Positions 12,903 through 24,994 of a stretch of DNA of 64,000 nucleotides are shown here, one piece after another. This DNA is from Chara braunii (Eukaryota; Plantae; Charophyceae), in the NCBI GenBank assembly GCA_003427395.1, contig BFEA01000046.1:2685644-2749643 (forward strand), written 5' to 3'. The stretch's first letter is position 1, and each line of letters opens with the position of its first letter. A program made the translations under genes and the position numbers. The notes below the pieces were generated by a model. That model saw only the letters and a program-made list of their open reading frames with translations. It was not told where the DNA came from and did no database searches.

Positions 12903-14981
12903 CTAATCCTCGAAAGTGAGTCCCAACTGCTCATACAACTGAACCCTGAACCCTTCCTTGGTTCTTTTAATCAGATTCTCCTTCCTATCGATGAGTCTGC
13001 TGTTCTCATCGAGACTAACTAACTCTTTTTCTCTATCTGTCCTAAAACCATGACAATCATCCCTCCTGTGAACTCCCTTCATACAATACCAACATAACTT
13101 CTTATCCTCTTCCTTTGATCTCTTTGCAAATGATGGGACATCTTGTGATGCAGCCCCAATTAATGTTTCAAGGTAAGACCTCTTCCTCTCCTGTCCCACT
13201 CTGTTATCTGTGAGTGACGTTTCCCCAGTATCTTTTTTAGGCAAGGTGACAACCCCTACCATCAACCCTTTGTTCTGATGGATACCCTTAAGTCCTTCTT
13301 CATCTCCTTCCATCCTTGGATTTTCCTTTTTGTCCTCAGTCTTCCCAGCATCCTCCACTTCAACCTTTTCCTGAATACCCTATTTTGATTGTTTCAAGGC
13401 CTCTTCCACCTTCTCCCACTTCTCATTTTCCAGCTTCTTCTTGCTTTCTTCAATTGCCTTTCCTTGTTCACTGGCATTTGCCTCCAACTTACCAACTTCT
13501 TTTTCCAACTTCTCTTTCTCCATCTTTTCTGTCTCCGCCTCTTTACTCTTGTTGTCAAGAGCAATGCTTAGAGCCTTCACCTTTACCTCCAGCTTTCCCT
13601 GTTCAATTTTTGCTTTTTTCACCTCAGCCTTCAAACCCTCCATTTCCTTTTCCACCTTTGCCCACTGCATGTCCCTTTTTTCTTCTCTTGCTCTCAACCT
13701 CTGAGTCTCCTTCAGGATCTCAGGGACATGGTTTGCTACTCCCTGCGTGAACAATTCTGTTTTTTTCCTTCATTCTGTCCTGAAGTTCCTGAAAGGGAAC
13801 TTCTAATGCTCTTCTTCTTTCTTCCTCCACTTTTCTCAACCTGCCGTCTACTTCTGCCTCCCCCTCAAGAATCCATTCACAATCGTCCCTGAGTAGCTCA
13901 TTCAATCGGATCAACCTGTCCATATCAGTAGCTAACTTGGAGCTGATCACGGTTTCAAAGAGTAGCATCCTTTCCAACTTTAAGGTCCAGTGTGCGTCTG
14001 TAGGCAACTCATTTTCTCTTAACGAGGCCACATCCCAATTCCTCCATTCCCTGTTTTCTTTCTCTTTTCTCTGCCTCTTTTCCTCTTTCCATCTCCTTGT
14101 GCCCCGTTCCTTTGGAGACTCATTGGAAATAGGCTCTTCTGTAGTTCCAGATGGTCCTACCACCTCATTCTTCTCACTGTCTTTCTCCTTTCCCTTCACC
14201 TTCTCGTCTCCTTTTTTCACCTCTCCTGCCTTGCCATTGCCTTCCTCTTCCTTACCATGATGCCCCTCCATTTGTGTCTTGTCTTCTTTTATTGAGTCAT
14301 TTCCACTGTGAGCTTTGTCCTCATCATTCCCCAGCTGAGGGACTCTGATATTTCTCCTATCTTCCTTCCGAGCTCTCCTTTCTATCTTCTCTCCTCCCTT
14401 GCCAATCCACAATCCCAGCTCCTGAAGTAACTGTTTCTTCTTTTGTCTCTGCACCTCCAAGGGATATGCCTTTCTCATCTTGACAAGGAAACTCCCCCTG
14501 CTGTCCGATTCCTCCTTGATCCTCTTCACTGCCTCATACTCCCTTGGTGCTATCCTCCTCATTACCTGCTCCATCATCTTCCGTTCACCCCATCTTCTTT
14601 TCTCTGAGCAAAGGTTGATGCTGTCCTCGAAATCTTCCAAGTTTGTGCCATCGAAGATGACATGATCTCATCCCTTGTCAAGTCCCCATATTTCGTCCAT
14701 ATACCAGCCTTGAAATCTATCCACCCCAGACATTCTAAGGCAATCTCATCTATCACCACATTGCACTTTCCCAGTCCTGTCACCTGTTCAAGCATGGTCC
14801 GAGTACTCCACTCTCTTCTGAAGGCATGCTCCTCAAATTCCCTCAGGAAGATCCTCAGATTGTCCCCTTCCTTGTAAATAGGCATTCCATGAGAATCCCT
14901 CGTTACCAGCTGCGCCTTTTTTTGTCCCTCTCTTCCAGGAGTTGTCCTGGAAGCACCCGCCATCCCTCTCTTCTGTGCCAT
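12903..14981 (-). pseudogene. ORF3 downstream of integrase: second Gag-like protein (2 capsid-NTD-like repeats, coiled coil, CCHC knuckle)
   Basis: ATG at 14981 (GCAGCCATGG). Motifs PIYKEGDNLRIFLREFEEHAFRREW and VIFDGTNLEDFEDSINLCSEKRRW; E/K heptad region 13380-13900; CWYCMKGVHRRDDC. Frameshifts at ~14660 and ~13750, in-frame stop at 13380. Confidence 0.75.
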
Positions 14982-15006
14982 GGCTGCCTGTTTTCCTGGG
15001 TCACGC

Positions 15007-15055
15007 CTGCACACAGGAAAAAAAAGGGAGTGACAGATAAAGGGAAAAGTCAACA
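15007..15055 (-). promoter_or_regulatory. Putative splice acceptor upstream of ORF3
   Basis: Minus strand reads TTGAC..ttttccctttatctgtcactcccttttttttcctgtgtgCAG|G, 25 nt before the ATG. Confidence 0.55.
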
Positions 15056-15137
15056 GCTGGTTAACAATAGTTTGTTCGCAAAGGAAATGCCACAGCAAAG
15101 TCTCCACAAGATCATCAGGCTTTTCTTTCATTTTTTA

Positions 15138-16526
15138 TCAACTCACCTCTTGCCTCATTTTGAACTTCTTCAGCCTAGATCTAGAAATCCAGTCTTTTCT
15201 TGGTGTTCCAACCATCTCTTCCAGTTCATAAGCTCCATAATTGCCTCTGCGTCTGACTCTGAAAGGTCCCAACCATCTCTTGTCCAACTTCCTTGACCAT
15301 TGCTTTTCGAGTGGGGGGTCATACAACAGTACTATCTCTCCAACTTCAAGTGGTTCATCCCTTACGCGAGGAGATTTATCCCACCTTTCTTTGTCCCGTC
15401 CACGGCTGTCAGCCACTCTTTCCACTGCTTCATGTATCCATTCTTCAGTAATACTGACCTGCCTGACCCTGATGTCAAGCAATTCTTCCAGAGGCATATC
15501 ATTCTCGAGATCCTGCCTTCGCCACGTCTTTAAGAAACTTTCTATAGAAAACGTGGCATGCCTTCCATACCACAGGGTTGCAGGGGCATATCCTGTGGTT
15601 CTTTTGACTGTGATGTTCTCGACAAAGAACACCGTTCTTAGGAACTTTGGCCACAGGTTTCGCTTCCCCGCTGTCCACTTCGCTAGCAAATTGGTGATCG
15701 TACTGTGCCTTCTTTCAACAGGTGCATTCGCCTGCGGATGTACTCTGGTCGTGTACTTGGGAATAACACCTAGGTCTGTCTCTTATACACATCTTGCATT
15801 CGCCTGCGGATGTACTCTGGTCGTGTACTTGGGAATAACACCTAGGTCGTCCAGCAACTCTTTCACTTCCCCACACGTAAATTCAGACCCCCTATCCATT
15901 GTAAACTCCACAACGAAAGGATACCGGAGGTAGTATTCCTTGATGCACTTTGCCAAGACTGCTCCTATCTTGGTTCGGATGGCCTTTCCATCAATATCTC
16001 GTGCATCAAAGATATAATTATAGCCTCCGAGTCCCAATGACATTGCTAGCAGATCCGGATGGATCACTGCCCCCACGTCCTTGATATATCTTGGATGTAG
16101 AGGTTCCTTGCACCTGATTGGAGATCTGATTTGGCAGGGAACGCACGATTCGCAGTACTTTCAGATCATTCCATACATACCCTCCCCAAAGAAGAGCTCG
16201 GTAGTGGCGAAACTCTTGTGACCTCCTACGGGTCCATCATGTAGCGCTGCTATCACATCGATATGTCGATTCCTGCCACAAATGACCGTCCTAGGAGGTC
16301 CCTTTTTGTTCCTGATGAAGAGATGGTCTCCCCTCACTATGTAATGATCTCTCATACGGAGAATTTTCTTACCAACATCTCTTTCACTTTTATCCCCTGA
16401 GAGAAGAAATCTCATTTCTAGGTGGAACCCATCATATTCTTCTTCCCGGAAATCCTCCGAGATCTCTCCTTGTTCAAACTCCTCTCCTTTCATCTCTTCA
16501 TCAAATTCGAAATCATCCTTCAACAA
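15138..16526 (-). pseudogene. Integrase (HHCC, DDE core, GPY/F), no chromodomain
   Basis: LHDGPVGGH...CESCVPCQ; MDRGSEFT; HPQANAPVER (after removing the adapter artefact); TTGYAP; WLGPFRV. Confidence 0.93.
15776..15794. other. Nextera/Tn5 mosaic-end adapter (assembly artefact) with 53-bp flanking duplication
   Basis: CTGTCTCTTATACACATCT lies between identical 15723-15775 and 15795-15847. Confidence 0.97.
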
Positions 16527-16571
16527 TATCTCGTTTGCCTTTACTATCTCTTCCTTATTGTCAGCCTGAAC

Positions 16572-18600
16572 TTATAGTAGTGAGTTGACGAGGTAGTGTA
16601 TTCTCCCTATTGTCAGCAGGTGCTGATCTACTTGCTTCGTTTCTGCCTCAATTGTTACTGGATCGTCAGTCAGTCTGTAGGTTTCAGCCCGAGCCAACCT
16701 TTCCATCCATTTTTCATTCCTTTCTCCCCATGCGTCTTCTTCAATAAAAGGTTTCAACACCAACTCATCAACCTTTACAAAAGTTGCTGGGGCGTACCAC
16801 ATGGACTTTCCTCTCCTTGCATCCCTATCATTAACACTCAGTCTCCATGAATTCACATGGAACTGCATATCATCTTCATCTAGGAATCCATCCACTGGTG
16901 GAGTCTCTTCCTTTGCATCCCCAGGTTTTTCCCACTCTATCTTACTTAATCCATCAGCCCTGTTCTTGTTCCCTGGGATATGTTCCAACTGAAAATCGAA
17001 CATCCAGATATACGTGAGCCATCTGGCGATAGTAGGATATGTGGGTTCGAAATTCTTGAGGGAATATACAAGGATTGTTGGATCTATCCTTAGGACAAAC
17101 CTCCTCCCATAGAGATAGTGCCTAAAGATACGTAGGCAGTGCACTACTGTTAAGGCTTCCTTTTTGAATTGAGAGTAGTTCCGGTCAGTAGCATTGAGGG
17201 TTCGACTCTCAAAACGCAAATGCTTTTCCTTCCCTTTCAGATCTGCCTATATTAGGACTCCTCCCAGAGCTGTGGGTCCAGCATCAGTCTCTATGATAAA
17301 GGGTCTTTCTGTTACAGCTTCATAATCAGGGACCCCCAACACAAGACCTCCTTCTTTAAATTTTTCCTTCAAACTCTTCACTACTTGTTCCTGCTTCTCT
17401 CCCCATTCCCATTCCTGGTTCTTCCTAACCAGTTTCCTCACATGTCCAGTCTTTGCAGCAAACCGTTCGATGACAATTCTCCAGAACCCGCACGTCCTAA
17501 GAAAACACCTTACTTCGCTAACGTTCCTGAATGGCGTAGGCCATTCAAGGATCTTATTCGTTTTCTTGGTGTCTGGACGACGTCCTTGCTTGTTGCACAC
17601 AAAGCCCAATATAGTAGCCTCACTCATGCAATGCCTGGACTTAGCTCCGTTAGCCCTAAGATCATATTCCTCTAACAAATCGAGTACCTTACTGGGATCA
17701 TTGACATGATCCCAGACAAACTTCCTTACGCCAGGCGCAACCTCTTGCTCATCTTTCACCATAGGGCCTTTTACTGCTAGATCATCGATGTACGGTTCAG
17801 TAATCTGTGGACTGATTGGCTGCATGACTCTTACCATACTCCTTTGCATCATGGCTACCGCATTCATTTATCCTTGGGGTGCCACGTTCATGTGAATTAG
17901 TCCTCTCGGAGTGTGCATTGTCGTGATCGGCCTATCTGCCGGATACACTGGGAATTGGTCATAACCGGAGTATAAATCTATAAGCGAGATAATGGACCTT
18001 CCAGCACAGGCTTCAGAGAGTTGGTCAGTGTTAGGGAGCCCTCCGGCATTCCTAACAGTTACCTCGTTCAACCTTTGCAAATATTGCACGCACCTGAGTA
18101 CTTCATTTGGCTTGATGAAGCAGAACCATGGCAAGGCATAAGGTCCGCTAGAGAATTCTGCTACGTGAGAACCAATCTTCCCGTCAAGGTACCCTACCAC
18201 CCTTCTCTGATCATCGGGATTTGGATACCTGACTCCTTTAACATTCCAAGGTTGATGCGGGACTGTGTGAATTCGGATCATCCCTATCTTGTCCACATCT
18301 AGCCTTCCCCTCTGCTCATCGTTGAAGGCATAGGTGTTGTGTTTTTCCTTCATTAAGTCAACTACTAACGCCCTTTCTTGCTTGGTTAAGAATTCAGGTT
18401 CACCAATGATCAGGTCTTTCTCAGTCTCCTCGTTGATACGACAGGATTCAGCTTCCCATTTCTCTCTCATTTGCCTAATCAATTATCGTTCCTGCTCATA
18501 GTACACTCCCTCCTCATGTGTCACTAAGACCGGAATAGGGTGGCTCTTTTTGTCTACCGTCTTGTACCTCCTCTTTCCCCCTTGCTTGAGCCCACCTCTA
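16572..18600 (-). pseudogene. Reverse transcriptase and RNase H
   Basis: YKTVDKK..P, IDLYSGYDQ, APQG, YIDD, LGFVC, IETDAGPTALGGVL, ESRTLNATDRNYSQFKKEAL, HIPGNKNRADGLS; in-frame stops. Confidence 0.95.
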
Positions 18601-19471
18601 AAAAATGCTGGCCGCATGCTTGAGCATAGGGTGCTTGCACTTTTTCTTCCCTAGGGGGTGGCCTGTACACCAACTCCATTCTCCCCCCTTCAGGGAAATC
18701 ATACAACTTATCAGCCAATGCTCGAATGACCTCTGGTTCCGCCATATCATACGCGGATACCATATACATGGCTTGGTCGATGTTGGCCAGACTCAAGGCT
18801 AATCCTCCACTCTCTTCCTCTTCCTCATCCTCATCAAACCCCCACTCTAATTCTCTTCTTCTATTCTCAGATTCCTCGAAGGTATATGACCGAGCATTGA
18901 GTCGGTTCTTCGAGCTATGAGGGTCTGTATTCTTACAGGTAATGACCTCGAAATTACCATAAGCGGGGTCACATAAAATTACGTACAAGGTCCCGTCATG
19001 CTTGTTCATGATAAGGGACTCTGTTCGCGACAAGAAGGACCTTCCCAATAATATAGGAAGATCCAAGGTAGTCATTATGTAAAAACAGGATCGGACCCTG
19101 ACGCTTCCTATTTCCACAACTACATTTGAGGCAATCCCTACTTAGCCTGATTTTCCACTAGCCCCATTGAGGTAACCTGGGCCCCTCCTATCGATCTCCA
19201 ACCCTAGCATCTCAGCCGTTTCAAGATTCATAATATTCATCTCTGCTCCCCTGTCCAACATCCCAGGGCATCCTTTCCCTCTGATATTGACATCTATGGA
19301 CCCTGTCCCCACAGATTTCCAATCCATCTTACTCCCAGCCGCAGTCCAGTTGGCTTCCTTGGGGATCAGGTCGCCCATCCTTACCGTCGCTACTCTCTTT
19401 CTTGCCAGTTTAGCTTTTACCAGTTCCCTGAGCTTAGGTGCAGTTGTCAAAATCTCTTTTAAATTTAACAA
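18554..19471 (-). pseudogene. Retropepsin-type aspartic protease
   Basis: MLDRGAEMNIM (degenerate DSG) and ILLGRSFL; in-frame stop at 19142. Confidence 0.85.
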
Positions 19472-19497
19472 CTCATTATGTCCCTCAAGAAGCTTAT

Positions 19498-21801
19498 TTA
19501 CCAGATTCTCCAGATCAAATCCTTCTTCAATCGACGTCTGGTACTTTCATTTCTTCTTTGACTTCTCCCCAACTTTTTCCTTTTCTTATCATCAATCTTC
19601 CGTTTTTTAGCCTTTAGCACAGCCTCTTTGTTCTCGTCCTCCTTAGGCAACTCATCATGTTCCTCCTCTTCTTCTTCCTCTATTTCAATAGAGGCTCCCC
19701 CTTGAGGTGGTACAAGAGCCTGCGCTGATTCCTTGGGCGCGTTCCCTCCTTTAGGTCTTCGTGTAGTATGAGGAACAAAGTTTCTCTGTGCTTGGTAAGC
19801 TGCTTCTGAACCAGCCGCTAGAGTAGCTCTTAATGCTCTGGGGTTAGGAGCTCTAGGCTCGTCATTTTCTCCTTCGCGACCCATTGTGAATACGTGCGGC
19901 ATCCTCATTTCCAAGTTCCTTACCTCCTCGCAGATATCAGACATTTTCACATTTAACCTACCCATCCTATCTATCATGTCTTTCATTCTTCCCAGGGTTT
20001 CCCTTGCTGACTCTCTAACTACAATGTCTTCGTCTGACTCAATTTCGACTAATGGCGTATTCTCTTCTTCCTGGCTAATTCTCGCTCCTTTCTTCAACTG
20101 GTCACTTAGTTCATCAACTTCCTTCACCCAGATAAAAGGGTCTTCCTTCTCCTACCATATACGAAACATGGCAGGGGCGCTAGGTCCAAGCCCTGCGACT
20201 CTAATGACTTCTTTTCTCGTGCCCCCCGGGATGTTTGGATCGATCTTATCTCCTCTCTTATCGAACACATCACCGTCGATACTTGATGTGATCAAGCCAT
20301 CTTGCTCATCCATTCTCCTAACATGACATCTCCTTACTGTATGTCCTTTTATCGTACAGTGCGTACATACGCACTCGCTGTAGTCTATCCATCCTCTTCC
20401 GGCCCCTTGACCATTTCATTGCTCGTCACTCCTTCCAAACCCTCTACCGTAATTCTGGTTATAGCCTTGACCGTAACCTTGGCCATAACCTTGGTTGTAA
20501 CCTTGTCCAATTTGATTAAAGTTTGACTGATTGAAATTCCCANNCNGATTTCCTCCTTGATTTCCCCAATTCCCACCTTGTCCACCGTTTCCTCTTCCTC
20601 CGAATCCTCTTCCTCCATTGCCATTTCCTCTTCCTCCATTTCTCCCTTTACCGTGTCCTTGACCGTGTCCCTGCTCTTGGAATTGTCCTTGGTTACCTTG
20701 TGGCGGCAAAGCCTGTTGTGGCAACCCTCCGTTTGCTCCTTGGACCTAGGATGGTCCCGCCCCAGCTCCTTGAAGCTGGGGTAAGTTTGGGTTCATCATA
20801 ATTTGTCCAAAACCCGGCCGTTGATTCCCGGGGTAATATCCCGGCCATGCCCCCATAGGAGTCACCACTGACCATGGTCCAAATGGAAGAACCGGGGCTG
20901 ATGTTCCTGCGACATTTGTTCCCCCAGTCTGTTGTGAACTTTGTCCCTTTCCTGCCCCCTATTTCTTTGGTGTCTGGTTCTGGTTCTGCTTTTGGGCCTT
21001 CTTGCCTTGCGTTACCGTTTCAGTTTTCGCTTCCCCTTTACTTCCATCACTCTCCTCCTCAGGTCTTCTCTTATTCGTCACTTTTTCAACTGCCATCACT
21101 TTTTCTGACTCCACTTTGTCCTTCAACTCTTTTAGCTGAGTGACCATACTACTCAACACTCCTCCTAGGGCTGAGTCAGCTCCTTGGACGATTCCTATTT
21201 CCTTCCTTCTCTTCCTCTCCATCTTCACTTGATGGTGGAACACTTGGTCTAGGTCCCCAGTTTCCAAATTCTTCTTTATGGTTTCCCATGAAGTCGTTTT
21301 CGCCGGTGCTCCTCCCCGGGTCAACTCCATAGTCTCGTATCCTGAGAACTTTCCCAGAAAAATGACACACTTCATTTCTTCTGAAAGCCCCGGTACTCGC
21401 TTCGCCATTTTCTCAAAAGTTGTTGCAAATTCCCTTATCGTGGTGAAGTCATTTCGGTTGATGTTATAAAGCTGGTCGATTGTCGACAACCGGTCTCCCA
21501 GCTTATATTTCCTTTGCATCTCCACTTTGAAATTATCCCAGTCCCCTTTGGCATCGGCCACAATTTGTTCAACGTCGGGGCGATATTCCCACCACACATA
21601 TTCGAATAACTGGGCGAACTTTTTCACCGACATCAATCGATTGAAGACCTGCTCTAGCAACTCATGTCAGTGCGACACTCTCTCTCCTTGGAATGAAAAG
21701 ATTTCTATCCGAGGAAGTTGAGACCTCCTGGCATTTCTGTTGTCCAGTAATCGTGCGATCTCGGCCGCCGTTATGGGGTCTGCCCCGTTTGCATTTCCCA
21801 T
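19498..21801 (-). pseudogene. gag: gag (capsid, Gly/Gln/Asn-rich linker, CCHC knuckle)
   Basis: Starts MGNANGADP at 21801; FSFQGERVS..WDNFKVEMQRKY; GGRG/QGY repeats; CTHCTIKGHTVRRC at ~20330-20380. Confidence 0.85.
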
Positions 21802-22072
21802 TTTTCCCGCTTGTTCTTAGTGAATCTGTGTTACATAGACAAAAACAATGGTGTTTCAGATTAAATTTTTGGCTGTCTCACTTTTTTTTCCCTTTTTAAA
21901 CTTTTCCCATTTTTATCCCACGTACCATTTAAGACTCTCTGCATCTACATTTCGAGTTCATGATCCCTTATCAACCGTCACTCATTGTCTTTCCTAACCA
22001 GTGTCCCTGTCTAGCTTCTAAATACCCAAGTCCGGCCTCTTGTGTCAAAATTGATTCAGGTCACCTTCTTTA

Positions 22073-22912
22073 TCATCCCATTCGTCCAACTTCTTCAACG
22101 GATACCGAGTCGCCCGTCCCGTAATCATATACCATTCTAAACATTATGGGGATGCTATCAACATACACCCTGATTTTTACTTCGACCTTGAGCTGTTTCC
22201 AATATGTTTGCCTTGGCTCCATGAAGTGGACGCGGACGTAAGCGTTAACTATTGACAAGATTTCCTTGAAATCCCTATCAGCCAATTCTGGCCTCATTTC
22301 CAAATATAGGCAATAGAGGGCTTCTGGTGTGAAAAATTCGCACCCTCCCTGGTCTGCCGCTCGAGCTGTTAGGGCTGCTTGCTCTACATTTATGTGCCCA
22401 TTAAAGACTTCATCAATGATGAAGTCCGGAAGAGTGGGGGCTATTATATAGTCGGAGGGATAAACGAAGTCGGCTGCCCATCTTGCTTCTATTATAGAAA
22501 TCACTGGTCTGAACTCCCCCCAACTTGTTTCTCGGATCTTTTCCTCGAGAATCGTTCCAATGATTAGGATGTATTGTGATAAAGGCCGACTGTATCCTAC
22601 TGCCAGATCTATCACATGCATCCTCCACAGATGTGACGAAAGATACAACGTTGCCCGCACTATTATACTCTCCCGATTGAGAGTGTGCCCCATTTCAACC
22701 CAAACAAATGCCTCATGTCCGATCGAGGTGCCCCACCATGCAGTGATCTCCTCCTCCCTTTCACTTAGGCTTCTAGGTAGAGACATTCTCAAACCCTGTG
22801 GCGTACGAACGGGGATTTCGATCCCAGCGACCCAGTGGAAGTCGTTGATGATGATGCCTCCGGTTCCGACCATGAGGCGGTGGGGGAGAACTATGTTTTC
22901 ATCATCGGTCAC
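22073..22912 (-). CDS. ORF0, accessory ORF upstream of gag, unknown function
   Basis: 279-codon open frame with globular-protein composition; the frame extends upstream past a single stop. Confidence 0.6.
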   Translation of the reverse strand: MTDDENIVLPHRLMVGTGGIIINDFHWVAGIEIPVRTPQGLRMSLPRSLSEREEEITAWWGTSIGHEAFVWVEMGHTLNRESIIVRATLYLSSHLWRMHVIDLAVGYSRPLSQYILIIGTILEEKIRETSWGEFRPVISIIEARWAADFVYPSDYIIAPTLPDFIIDEVFNGHINVEQAALTARAADQGGCEFFTPEALYCLYLEMRPELADRDFKEILSIVNAYVRVHFMEPRQTYWKQLKVEVKIRVYVDSIPIMFRMVYDYGTGDSVSVEEVGRMG

Positions 22913-23244
22913 GTGGAGGACGATGCGGTGCCTACATGCGATGATTGGGTCCAGACATCAAGCTCTGAATCTGACGGTGACGATATAGAGCTGTTCAGCG
23001 TGTGACTGGTTGAATGGCTTTATTGTTGGCCTGAGATTGGTCTGGTGATCCGAATTTCATTGAGCATGGCGTTATTAATACATATCTCATGGTGTCTTGT
23101 TTGTTACGCTACATTATGTCATATATATATATATATATATAATTCTACTTTGTCTGTCGCTTTGTCTGTATATATATCTATTTTTGCTCAGTTTGACTGC
23201 CAAGACTGATGGCGAGGCTGTATACTACCCCGTAGGGTTACATT

Positions 23245-23624
23245 TGTAATTTTGTTCGACTGAGGGCTAACCGTGAGACGAACCTATGAGGAAAATTCGT
23301 GAGGGCCATATTTGTAAATATGGAAAATATAGGCCCAACAGTGTTTCGAATTTCCTATACGTACCCTTGCTGCGAATAGCAGGGCCGGACTACCCCCAGG
23401 ACAGACAGGCCCTAATGGCCTAAGCTGATAGACGGTTCTATAGCCTATAGTCGGGTCCGGCAGAGGCCGAGAGGCCGAAACTGCTAGAGTGATTGGTCGG
23501 TTAGTCAGTCCAGTCTAGGTTTAGGTTAGAGTACTGTACTCTATTAGTAGAATGAGGGAAATTGATTGGGGAGCAAGGGACTCGAACAAACTCTGTTATG
23601 ATATTCGTTCGAGTTGGCTCATCA
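23245..23624 (-). repeat. Candidate 5' LTR (or LTR fragment) of the gypsy element
   Basis: TG..CA-type termini directly upstream of ORF0; no matching 3' copy found. Confidence 0.3.
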
Positions 23625-24338
23625 TCAGCATCATATCAATTGTGATCTTGCTGAGGTTCTTTATTGTGATTGTTTGTTGAGAGTCTGTCGGACCTCCCCC
23701 ATGTGTGCATGGTTGAATTTCGTTGCTTATCCTTGTCTGTGTGCAGTTTTGACTTTGTCACTCTTCTTATGCATGTGTGGGCGTGTTTGAGATTGTCTGT
23801 GTGTGAGTGTCGAAAATAATCGTCAGACAACCAAGTGGTATATATATATATATATATATATATTCACACATCTGATGGTGTCTTATGTCTTGTGCTTTTT
23901 TTTTTTTTTTTTTTTTTTTCCTGTGCGTATAAATATTATCGGACCAATGTCGAGTTACACATACATCCATACTTCATATGCTTACGCTCTTAGGCAATAG
24001 TTGTTTTACATTCTATAGCCGAACCAATTCAGATTTTCACGTTCATCCAATAATACAATGACATCCAGTTGCAACACTGAATGAATGAACTTGAGTGGCG
24101 AGAGCGAGGATTAGAATCGCTCAGACTCCATAGCTAATGGTAGAATGACATACAATTGCAAAAATAAATAAATTAACTTCAAATGAGAGATCGAGGATTA
24201 TAAGAAGAAGAAGATGATGTACACCACAGAAACCAAATTTTACATAATGCAATCCCTGCAAGTCACGACAATAGAAAATGTCAGTTTCAAGGCAAACACA
24301 CAGTCAGACTTACATACGTACTCACACTGAAGGCAAGC

Positions 24339-24417
<79 letters not shown>

Positions 24418-24497
24418 NNNNNNNNNNNNNNNNNNNNNNNNNNNNNNNNNNNNNNNNNNNNNNAACTGTATGGACCCCACTTCGTGAAATGTTGCAC

Positions 24498-24535
24498 CTG
24501 TCTCTTATACACATCTAGATGTGTATAAGAGACAG
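24498..24535. other. Full Nextera mate-pair junction adapter (assembly artefact)
   Basis: CTGTCTCTTATACACATCT+AGATGTGTATAAGAGACAG. Confidence 0.98.
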
Positions 24536-24577
24536 CCCTCCATCCATCCATTCATCCATCCATCCATCCATAAGCAT

Positions 24578-24994
24578 TTACTGCGGTGCACGTCGACGTG
24601 GGCGCTCGTTTTCAGGAGGATCACATTGTTGTAGTTCAAAACCTCGAATGATTGTATCTGGCCATTGTTCCTGCATTGCCGTTTGGAACTCATCTGACAA
24701 TCTCTGTCGGAAAACGACGAACCCGCACAACCGAGAAAAATCGACATATCCATTGTAACGATTCTGCTTTGGTTCGAGATTTGCACGACCAATAAGCAGA
24801 TTCATGCATTGTTGCAGATGCTCCTCCAGCCCAGCAAAAGTCACAGCCTCCTCCAAAAGCGCTGCGGGTTCCGGCCACCGATTCCTGATCTAGGCGACTG
24901 TCAGCTCCTCGTCGCGGAAATGATCTGTATCTGTCTCATTTCCAAACACGACTGCATCGGCCCGCACGCCAGTCCTGCGTCGTCGGCGGTCCAT
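24578..24994 (-). pseudogene. Orphan ORF with one internal stop
   Basis: MDRRRRRTGVRADAVVFGNE.. is in frame with ORF 24578-24856 across a TAG at ~24890. Confidence 0.4.

Larger units (their letters stand above)
12903..23242 (-). mobile_element. Decayed Ty3/gypsy LTR retrotransposon (ORF0-gag-PR-RT-RH-IN-ORF3)
   Basis: Domain order PR-RT-RH-IN on the minus strand with recognisable motifs; multiple in-frame stops and frameshifts. Confidence 0.95.

Noticed and set aside
12903-14981. env gene
   Set aside because: No signal peptide or transmembrane segment; highly charged and carries a Gag-type zinc knuckle.
21784-21801. Gag N-myristoylation signal (MGNANG)
   Set aside because: Lacks Ser/Thr at position 6; Gly2 alone is weak evidence.
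13316-22988. Plus-strand ORFs over the gypsy element
   Set aside because: Antisense shadows of the purine-rich minus-strand coding sequence.
24498-24535. Genuine Tn5/IS50 insertion or horizontal transfer
   Set aside because: Exact Nextera junction adapter with read-duplication signatures; library artefact.
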